A program made the translations under genes and the position numbers. From the NCBI GenBank assembly GCA_013239625.1, contig MU056000.1:13529175-13593174 (forward strand): DNA of 64,000 bases, written 5' to 3'. Numbering within the stretch: position 1 is the stretch's first letter; the number at the start of each line of letters is the position of its first letter. Positions 54,398 to 64,000 of this stretch are shown here, one piece after another. This DNA comes from Lama guanicoe (taxonomy: Eukaryota). Below the pieces are notes generated by a model, which was not told the origin of the DNA, ran no database searches, and was given only the letters and a program-made list of their open reading frames with translations.

Positions 54398-54860
54398 TGG
54401 TGGGGCTGGAGTGATGGCTCCCCCCAAAAGACATGTCTGCATCCTAGTCCCTGGAAGCTGTGAATGTGACCTTGTTTGGATAAAGACCTTTTGGAGATAC
54501 AATTAAATTCAGGACATTGAGATGAGTTCATCCCACATTATCTGAGTGGGTTCTATATCCAATGACAACTGTCCTCAAAACAGACAGAAGAGGAAAAGAC
54601 ACAAACCACAAAGGAGGAGGCCACATGAAGACAGAGACAGAAATTAGAATTCTTAGCCACAAGCTAAGGACATTTGGAACCACTGGAGGCTGGGGAAGGT
54701 GAAAAAGGATCCTCCCTTTGAGCTTTCAGAAGAAACCTGGTCCTGCTAACATGGTCCTGATTTCAAACTACAGACCTCTGGAGCTATGAAGGCAGCATTT
54801 ATATGATTTTAAGTCACAGTTCGTTGCAAATTGTTACAACCACCCTAGGAAACCAATACA
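54398..54860 (+). mobile_element. MLT1C/D-like MaLR solo LTR, near full length
   Basis: atggctcccccaaaagacatgtc..tcctagtccctggaagctgtgaatgtgacctt...ggccacatgaagacagag...ctaggaaaccaataca. Confidence 0.88.
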
Positions 54861-54999
54861 ATATTGAAAAAATAAAAGTTTTCATTCTGTTTGTCTTTCA
54901 TACCTTCTCTTTGAATGAAAATAACCTCAAATTTTTACTTCTAGTAGTGTTGGATTAGGGAATTCAGGAGTACAAAGCTCCTGAGGTCAATTTGAAAAG

Positions 55000-55780
55000 T
55001 GAGGATGAATTATGGGACCAAGGTCTCTTAAGAGATGGAATTACAAAGAAGTTAGCCTAACATTTTGGCGTGTTTATCCCAGGGAACATGGGTGGATTGG
55101 AGAAAGAAGTACCTGACAGACTACATCAGTGGGTAGAGCTGTTGAATGTGTGCCACCTAGGGGCACAAAAACTGGAGTTCAGATATTGCCATATAAGTGA
55201 ATTCTTAGTAAACACATATTTTTAAATTGGGACCCCAAATGATCCCTTCTAAGCTAAAGATAATTGGAAATAATAAAGCCTTCATAGAAACAAAAGCCAA
55301 GACTCAAAATATCTCAATTGCTACAATTAGACTGAAGTGATCAGGGATTGCTAAAATCTTTTATTTCCTGCCAGAAACAGTCATAAATGCTATCTAGAGA
55401 AAAATAGCATAATCCTGAGCTAAGTGTTTCTTCCTTTATATATGTATATAAAGTCAGTGATTAGTCAAAATATCAGGATTATGAAAATATATGATAATAG
55501 AAGAAGAAAACAAATAAACAAAAAAGAATAAAGACCAAAGTTGATCTTAAAATGAATTCTGATAATGAAGTTATCTTACTTTTTAAAAACTATCTTATGC
55601 AATCTGAAAAAAAATAAGATTAAAAATATCTACAGATAAAATAACCAAAAGAATAGTCTAGAATTTTAAAACACAATGATTTAATTAAAAACCTAATAAA
55701 TAGATTTAATAATTGACCAAGTTCTATTGAAAAGTGATTTCATGAACTGGAATTTAGGTCAGATAAAAATATCCAGAATG
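55000..55780 (+). mobile_element. Old L1M 5'/ORF1 fragment
   Basis: attagactgaagtgatcagggattgcta..cctgccagaaac...aatagatttaata...tgaactggaa. Confidence 0.5.
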
Positions 55781-56323
55781 ATCTAAAGTCTTTTTGTGTA
55801 TTTAAACTTTTCTGCTGTGTGAAGTCATGATAGGGTCTATTGTTCACGCAGACAATGGAGGGAGAAAACAGGAGAGAAACAAAGGGCTTCTGGGATGTTA
55901 GAAATGGTCTATGTGGTCATTGTATAATTTTTTGTTAATTCTTCCTATATGTGTTTATTTAGCATGCTATTCCCATGTATGTGATGATTCAGTTGCAAAA
56001 TTTAAGAAAACTGGTCTTTATAAATTCTATTTCCCTCTTTCTTTTAATAGCACCATCCTCATTTCCCTGCTCTCCGGAAACTCCTCTAAATCTCATAAAC
56101 CCTACCACAAACAGGATGGACTATACACAAATTAAAATATGAGTTTCTGTTTAACTCAGGAGGCTTTGAACCACTTAAACAATCAAGTTCAATGATATAA
56201 ATTTGCTGTCACTTAAGCAAAGTCACTGGACTCATTGCTTGAGCTCTACACCAATAATCCTCCATCAGCCTTTCCCCTTCTACAAATACAAAAAAAAAAA
56301 AAAAAAAAAAAAAACAAACAATA

Positions 56324-56679
56324 NNNNNNNNNNNNNNNNNNNNNNNNNNNNNNNNNNNNNNNNNNNNNNNNNNNNNNNNNNNNNNNNNNNNNNNNNNNNN
56401 NNNNNNNNNNNNNNNNNNNNNNNNNNNNNNNNNNNNNNNNNNNNNNNNNNNNNNNNNNNNNNNNNNNNNNNNNNNNNNNNNNNNNNNNNNNNNNNNNNNN
56501 NNNNNNNNNNNNNNNNNNNNNNNNNNNNNNNNNNNNNNNNNNNNNNNNNNNNNNNNNNNNNNNNNNNNNNNNNNNNNNNNNNNNNNNNNNNNNNNNNNNN
56601 NNNNNNNNNNNNNNNNNNNNNNNNNNNNNNNNNNNNNNNNNNNNNNNNNNNNNNNNNNNNNNNNNNNNNNNNNNNNNNN
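56324..56679. other. Assembly gap (356 N) flanked by A-runs on both sides
   Basis: Read directly. Confidence 0.99.
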
Positions 56680-56710
56680 AAAAAAAAAAAAAAAAAAAAG
56701 AAGTCAAGCA

Positions 56711-56990
56711 CTGTGAAGAGAATGTGATTTTACCCTGCTAATGAGCTAACAGGCTAGCTTGTCACACTTTCATAGATACTGGCAGAAGACATGAGACATC
56801 TGATTCAGAAACAATAGATTTTACCACTCACAGTGCAGCTAGCAGCATGCCATCATGTTTGCATCCCTTTGCCTTATTCCCAGTTCCCATAGGAATGTTT
56901 CCCACAGAGCTACCAAGGTTGACTTTGCACGAACAATGGGTTTGAATCACATCTGAGGAATTGCAAGTTCAGGAAAAACAAACAGTCTTT
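56711..56990 (-). mobile_element. MER77/MER21-like ERVL LTR fragment
   Basis: gagaatgtgattttaccc...gctaacaggctagcttgtcacactttcatagatactggcagaagacatgagac. Confidence 0.6.
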
Positions 56991-56992
56991 GA

Positions 56993-57280
56993 AGGAATGT
57001 GTCTAGAGGGAACTCTAATTCAAAAAGATAACATGCACCCCAATTGTCACAGCAGCGCTAAATGTCCATCAACAGATGACTGGATAAAGAAGTTGTGGCA
57101 TATATGTATATACACAATGGAATGCTACTCAGCCATAAAAAAGAATAAAATAATGCCATTTGCAGCAACATGGATGGACCTGGAGATCATCATTCTAAGT
57201 GAAGTAAGCCAGAAAGAAAAAGAAAAATACTGTATGATATCACTCACAGGTGGAACCTAAAACAAAATTATAATAAATAA
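56993..57280 (+). mobile_element. L1 ORF2 C-terminal fragment with a small internal deletion
   Basis: ORF 56961-57260 contains KCPSTDDWIKKLW..YTMECYSAIKKNKIMPFAATWMDLEIIILSEVSQKEK, the canonical L1 ORF2 end. Confidence 0.92.
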
Positions 57281-59043
57281 GATACAAATGCAAGAATGTG
57301 TTATCTTTGTTATTGTAGCCAGAAAATGAATCTGTTGCCTTCTGCCCTGGAATGAGACCTTACCTCTAGTTTGCCATCCAAATATCCTTGAAAAGATAGT
57401 CTGGAACAAAAGCTCTTACAAGAGGTATAGAAATCCCATGGAGAATTATGCTCCAATAATAAATACACAGTATTCTTCCTCACCTTTTTTTTTCTCTTTA
57501 GTCTCATTGTGCTTTATTTACAAATAATAATTTGAAAATACATTTGTAAAAGTCTATCTTAGTTGTTTATAACTCATGAATACAGGTGAAAAATCAATAA
57601 ATTATGTGTTTCAGAAAAAAAGCAATCTTCTAAATCTTCTAGGCCTGCTATTTATAAAAACATCTATTAGAAAAAAAAATTCCTCTTGCCAAGATTTCTC
57701 TATCAATATATTCCTTAATTTTCAAAATTTCTTTAATATTCATAACTTATTTTAATTAATACTTCAAGATTGAAAGGAATAATCTATTGACTAGTTGTAT
57801 GATTAAATATTTAGCTCTTAAGCTTCTCCAGTAAATATATGCTTTTGATCTCATCTTCTCCTTGTGAGTCATTTTCATAAATTTAGTTAATACGATAGGT
57901 ATCATTATCAAAAAACAGAAAACAACAATGCAGAGCACTGTGCTATTTCTATGAATGCACTTCATGATAAAGGTACTATTAATATACATATAAGGAAACC
58001 AAGGCCCAGTTTATAAATTGCAGAGTAGACTCCATCCACATCCTCTAGTACCATTACCTGTGCTCAGTATGCTGTGATATGCTGCCTCCAAACCATTGTT
58101 CACAGCTGAGCCTAATCTTTCTTCCTCTTAGACTTTATTTTGCTGGAGCTAATACTTCCTTTGTATTTTCCATTTTGTTAGATTTCTGTACACTTATTCC
58201 CGTGTTAATTTCACATTACGCTCTTAATAGATTCTTGACATAATATTTACTTAATGTAATATTATTTTTCTTGTAGACGTCCTTTTCACAGCCCTTCCAC
58301 TTTCTGATTTTATCTGAACTCCTGACTCCTTGGTTGGGTGGAGATTTAACCTCACAATACTTTCCATGACTACTCTGCTGGGCTAAACTGCTTTAACATC
58401 TTCATATGTTCACCTCTTCTTTTGCAGTTTCATCATTTTGTGGGAGCACATCCTCTGTGCTCTCCTTCATTAAAAATGATATTCAAGATTGTGAGACTTT
58501 AGCTTAATAAATATGACTTTGTAGAATATATTTCAAAGATCCCTTATGTAACTTTTCTCTGGGCCAAACTTCTGCTCCCTGATCACTTGTAAATATCATT
58601 TTAGTTTCTAAAAAATAAACATGAATCATATATATATATAGCTTATTATGCTCCACCAAATAACTAATAATTAACTCAACTAAATTGCCCAGGAAAACAG
58701 CGTTTAGATTTGAAATATCTAGATGTTTTTCTGTTGAGGGATTATGAATTATGGTGTCAGAAGAAAATAGAGAATATTTTATTGTATGTTTTTATTTGGA
58801 TTTTTACGCATTGATTGATTCATCATTTGTCTTGTGACAAGGGTGTCATGGAATCATAGAGAAATGAGAAATTACTTGATGCACTGCTGGTACTTTGTAA
58901 GAGACAGTAAGCCACCAGAGAAATGGAGCTATGTGAAGGTCAGAACAAACATCTTTCAATTTGATAATCTATTAATACTTACAGTGCTGGAAGAAACCAT
59001 TAAATAAAGATATAAAAGTTTCTGAAAATGCCATTTGGTTGAG

Positions 59044-59157
59044 ATGAAATTGCACTGACATATACTTTCAAATGATACATAGACTCTTCTTCAAGAGATA
59101 TTTATGAATGAGTTGTGAAATGTCATCATTTGCACACAAAGTTCAGTGCAATCTTTC
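59044..59157. repeat. Degenerate palindrome, MER135-like ancient element
   Basis: attgcactga (59049-59058) / tcagtgcaat (59143-59152) with further paired arms caaatgat / atcatttg. Confidence 0.6.
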
Positions 59158-60449
59158 AAATATTCAACTTTTCCATTAAAGTTAATTGGAATATCCAGAC
59201 TCCACTTCCTGGTGTGGCAATATTTGATGTGTTGTACTTTTTTACTCAAGTTTTGCTAGATAAAAACAGTTCTTTGATTTTTATTTCAGTTTCAAACTAT
59301 GAAGTCAGTTTCAGGCTACAGGAATAGCATTTGAGAAGTGGGCTTTTTCTTGACAGATTAGAAAATAATGCATTGGTAGAACAGACATTAATTTTGAATT
59401 CTCTGGTAACTGATTTATTTCTTAGAAATTATGAAAAGAAATGTATTGGATCCCATTAAGTCTGTTTTCATTAAAGATTCATCTTTCTCTCAATAGGATA
59501 CAAAATAATACTTTTGAGTGTCTTCCTTAAACAAAGGCTTTATAAATACTGTCATTTAATCTACACTACTACCCTTGTCAATACGTTTTATTGCCAGCAT
59601 TAAAAAACATAAGAACACTGACATTCAGACAGGAAACGTAATTTATCAAATTCAAATACCAGGTAAGCCAGGGAGGGAAAATTTAAAACACCGTCTCTCT
59701 AAATCCAACCCCATACTGCTTTCTCAGCTCTATGTGATAATAACAATATGTGCTTTGAATGTCCTAAAAGATTTCATTTTTCAATGCTTAGTACAATGCT
59801 CTGACACAGTTTCATTAAATGCACACTGACTGAATATCTATCTTAAAAAACCATCATTAGGAGTTCTTAAGTGATGTAATGATATTCAGAATTCATGAGT
59901 CAAATATTGTTGCTATTTAATCCTTATTATATTTAATTCTTTCACCAATACTTGAAGGTTAGGCTTTATTTTTCATTTTACATTTACATGAAAGGAAGCC
60001 TGGAAATTTCAAATGTTTTAATTTACTTAATAAACAATTTAAGTTCTAGATATTGTGCTAAGACCCAGGGAGGTATTTGGGAAAATGATGTTCTCTGCAC
60101 ATGAATCCTGCAGTCAAATAAAGGAGAAGGCACTGTTTTTAAAATCATATGAATAAATTTAAAGTGACTCATAGTCCTTTGAAGCAAATGCCAATTGTGC
60201 TTTTTTAAACATTGGTAATGGAAGAGCTAACCTAACTTAGATACACCCTACATATGCTAGGAGTTCTGGTGAGCTGGCACAAGACTTTATTCTGAACCTC
60301 CAACTTCCTTTTCTGGACTCTTATTTCTCTGGTTCCTTCTCAAAATATACAGTGTATGATTCCTACAATAAATTGCTTATTCCTTAAATCTGTTTCCCTG
60401 ATTGGATCCTGATACATACATGATGCTCAAATATCCCTGCGAGTTACTT

Positions 60450-60621
60450 TTATAAAAATTTTATTTATTTATTTATTTATTTACTTCAACTACTTTTCCC
60501 CGCCTTGGTGAGAGATAATTAGGTTTATTTACTTTAATTATTATTATTTTTTTAATGGAGGTACTGGGGAGTGAGCCAGGCTAAGCACATGCTCTACCAC
60601 TTGAGCTATACCCTCCTCCCA
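60450..60621 (-). mobile_element. Vic-1-type camelid SINE
   Basis: aattaggtttattt...ttaatggaggtactgggg...gctaagcacatgctctaccacttgagctataccctcc; TSD gcgagttactt (60439-60449) / gcaagttactt (60622-60632). Confidence 0.92.
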
Positions 60622-60704
60622 GCAAGTTACTTCCTAACATCAAAGGGAAAAACCTACTTCTCTCATTGAAATGACAGCATCAATTTTACTTCTCTTTGTG
60701 CGTG

Positions 60705-61095
60705 TGTGTTTTACTTTTTATTTACAGATAATTGTAGACATGCAAAACAGTTGCAAAAATAGTATGAAAAGCGGCTCTATCCTTTACCCAACTTCCCCTG
60801 GTGGTAACATCGTACATAGCCATGTTAAAGTGATGAAAATCAGGAAATTAAAATTGGTGCAATTCTGGTAACTGGACCACAGAAATTATTCAAATGTCAC
60901 TACTTTTTCCCCAATGTCATTTTTTTTTTCTGTCCAAAGATCTAATCTGGGATCCCACACTGCATTTTGATGTCCTATGACTTTAGTCTCCTTACTCTCC
61001 CCTTGACTTTTGTGGCATTGACACTTTTGAAGAGTACTGATGAGTTATTTTGAGAACAGCCTTCAATTTAGGTTTGTCTTAGTTTTCTCATGTCA
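60705..61095 (-). mobile_element. L1MB/MC 3'UTR fragment
   Basis: cagttgcaaaaatagta...ctttacccaacttcccctggtggtaacatc...ttgacacttttgaagagtactg. Confidence 0.8.
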
Positions 61096-61579
61096 GTCTC
61101 ATTTCTTCTTTTGTCTGCCATACTTCTCACTAATTTGACTCCAGCTACACAAGTCTCTCTCTCCATAAGTCTCTCTCTCTCTTCCTCTTTTCTCTCTCTC
61201 CCACTCTCCTTCTCTTTGTAAGACCTCAAACACATCTCTGTACCTGGTATTTTGAATTTACTCTTCTCCTCCCTAGAATATTTTCTCTGAGGGTCTTCAA
61301 ATATATGAACCCTTTTCATCTGTCAGGTCTCCCTGGAGATGCAGACCCATACAGAGAGTCCCTCCTTCACTCCTGTATCCAAACGTTGCCCCCACCCTGT
61401 TCCTCCATGTTGCACTTAATGTTTGTTTCCTTTTACAAACATTGCAATGAATGGCCATTTTATTTGGTTAAGAGACACTTCAACTTGCAAAGAAATCATT
61501 GTTTGCATTTGTTAAAATGGTAAGGAAGACTTTATTCAAGGCCATTAAATAAGACTATGGCAAGAAGAAATCAAATAGA

Positions 61580-61954
61580 TTCTCTCTGGCTGGCCCTGAA
61601 GAAGCTAACTAACTTCCACATTACAAACAATGGAAGACAAAAAATCTCCGAGGAACCTAAAGCTGCTGATAGCATCCCTGGCTCCCTTACAGATGGTAGG
61701 AAATCAAGGACTGCAGTCCTACAAAAGCAAAAAGTGACTTCTGTCAATGACCTGAATGACCTTGGAAGAAAGCCTCAGACCTTAGATTAGAATGAACAAC
61801 CGCACTATTTTGATTGCAATTTTGTAAGATTGAAGCAGAGAACCCACTGCAGCTGTGTCCACACTTCCGATCTATGGAAAATGAGATAAACGGGTGTTTT
61901 TTGAAACCATTAAATTGTTGAAAATGTGCTGTCCAGCAATAAGAAACCATTACA
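61580..61954 (+). mobile_element. MLT1E/F-like MaLR LTR
   Basis: gctggccctgaagaagc...cagtcctaca...ctgtcaatgacctgaatgaccttggaag...gaagcagagaaccca...cagcaataagaaaccattaca. Confidence 0.8.
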
Positions 61955-63059
61955 CACAAAATGTTCACATTTATTTTCTTCCACCATTTTAAGTGAAATA
62001 ATATAACTATTATAGAATTCATGGCAAAGTTAAACCTTTGTTTTTTTACATTGAAACATTTCCTTGCGTTGAAGAGAATTGTAAAAAATTATTTATTTTC
62101 ATGTCCATCCTATTTCCTTGCAATATAGAATGAATTTGAAAGATGGACAATCATCTCTTTTTGGTTAACAGGATTATCCAGACAGCAAATTAAAGACTTT
62201 TTGCTTTACCGGATAACTTGCTTTCAGGAAGACATTATGTTGTTCACGCTGTGCGAATTTCCAGCTCTCAGACTGACATAATTCAGGTAATAAGTGTGAG
62301 GTCTGAACTACACATGCCGTCTCCTGTAGATGTTTAGTGTGACTCGGATTCTCATATTTAATCAAATCCGGGGCACTGTCAAAACATTTACTCAATTTTC
62401 AAGGCAAAAGGTTTAATCCCATACTGTGTCAAATTGACCAAATTTAATGCTTTCTTGCAAGGCTTCTTCCTGGCCACTTATATCAGGTAATACTTCCTTC
62501 CTGAAAAATGTGTCTTTTAAGGAGTTGATGACTCTAAGATTTCCAAGGGAAGTATCTATATCTCATTCAGTCAACAAAATCTTTTTGAATTAATGAATGA
62601 GCTTATCAATTAGTTTAAAACTCGATTTTTTAAGAATTAGATTTTAACTTTGCACTAACCAAAAGTCTCTTTTATATATATACATATATATATATGTATT
62701 TACTCAGTTGCCATATCTTCACAACATTTTGATAGAATCTTGGTTCGTTTTAGGTTAAGCATCTGAAGAAACATAAAGTTCTATATGTGTCTGACCATTT
62801 TATTTTGTTTAGGTATTAAATTATTATTGTTAAATACATTTGCTTTGTATTTATTTGTAGAATATATTCCTCAATAATATATTTTCATGTGTTCTAACCC
62901 TAATTCAAAAAACTTGAAAAAAATGTGAAATTATCACCTTATATGATATCAACTATAAAATTTACAGCCTCATTACTTGCTGTTATTTTGTATTACCTAC
63001 TAAACATAATGTTGAATTATCCTGTTGAAACAACAATGACATTAAAATCAAAAATATTC

Positions 63060-64000
63060 ATGGAGAAACCTTTATTTAACTAACCAGGTAGAGTTCTATG
63101 TAAAGGACCAGGGATGAATAGATAATTACAGTTCCCTTTCAAAACTAGAGAAAGCACATAAGAGGAATTGCAGGTCATGTGAATGGTGGTAAGTTCTATG
63201 GTGAAACTGAAAAAAAGAAATTTGGAAAAGTAGAGAGCGAAAGTCTGGAGGGTGTTAATTTTTGATAGAGCGACCAGGCACCTCATTAAGATGACATTTG
63301 AGTAACGCTTCAAAGAGATGGGGAGGTGGGGGTGTTGCACCAAGTGGATATTTGATGAAGAGCCTTCGCAGAAAAGGGCATAAAAACAGTAGGTATATAC
63401 ACTGTGACTGAAGAGCCAGGTGGGGACTGTGGGAAATGAGATCTCAAAAGTAACCAGACATCATAGGATTTTGCATCTTACTTTGCAGAAGTGGGGGTCA
63501 TAGAATGGTTTTCAGGACACAAATGAATTGATGCAACCAACTTTTTAAATAAACACTGTGGCCACTGTGTGGGGAATACACTGTAAAGAGTTAGGGAGCA
63601 ATTAGAAAGCCACCGCAACTACCCAGGAAAGAAAGAGATGATTGCATTTGACCCAGGACATTTGTACTACAAGCTGTTGAATTCTGATTATTTTAATGCA
63701 GAATCAACACATTTGCTGATACATTGAATACAGGATGAAAGAAAAAAGAACAGATTAGAACTGACTATATTTTATTTAAACTACTGAAAGGATCAGTGTG
63801 CTATTTTTCTAACAGTGTGGGAGAACCAGAGTTTTGGGGCTGGAAAGGTAAAGAATTTAGTTTGGGGCATTACGTTTGGAATAATGGCTATATATCCCCA
63901 TGAGAACTCTAAGAAGGAATTCAGTGGAAAGTTCTCAGATGGAAACATACATAAAAGAGTGGTCAACCTAGAGGAGGCATTTAAACTCAAAATGGATGAA
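63060..64000 (-). mobile_element. L2 3' portion
   Basis: ggcacctcattaagatgacatttgag, cagacatcataggatttt, acactgtggccactgtgtgggga, atttgctgatacattgaata. Confidence 0.8.

Noticed and set aside
56203..56741. The four longest ORFs in the track (143-174 aa)
   Set aside because: Artefacts of reading through N bases and poly(A)
60545..60620. tRNA gene
   Set aside because: It is the tRNA-derived head of a SINE with tail and TSD, and it is internally deleted
1..64000. CRISPR array, operon or prokaryotic defence system
   Set aside because: The sequence is mammalian; there are no regularly spaced repeats with spacers and no long ORFs

Overview
AT-rich, CpG-depleted mammalian genomic DNA, most likely a gene desert or a very large intron. 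Two tRNA-derived Vic-1-type SINEs and several lineage-type L1 3' ends point to a camelid (camel, llama or alpaca). I recognise no protein-coding exon, RNA gene, CRISPR array or prokaryotic feature. The short ORFs in the track are chance ORFs, repeat-derived, or read through an assembly gap (56324-56679). Much of the window is interspersed repeat: old and young L1, L2, MIR, MaLR/ERVL/ERV1 LTRs, and hAT elements (MER53, MER5, MER58, Arthur1). The most notable observations are (1) a decayed coding-like stretch at about 5.6-6.15 kb resembling the RT C-terminus and CCHC region of an R4/Dong-clade LINE, (2) a short L1 insertion at 47.8-48.0 kb whose target-site duplications enclose about 66 bp of extra 3' sequence (3' transduction), (3) a degenerate palindrome at 59.05-59.15 kb resembling the ancient MER135-type elements, (4) an intact 590-bp ERV solo LTR, and (5) several repeat-free or CpG-retaining blocks and weak splice-signal exon candidates. 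I see no convincing novel biological system. Repeat family names come from my recall of consensus sequences, not from a search, and most old-repeat boundaries are approximate.
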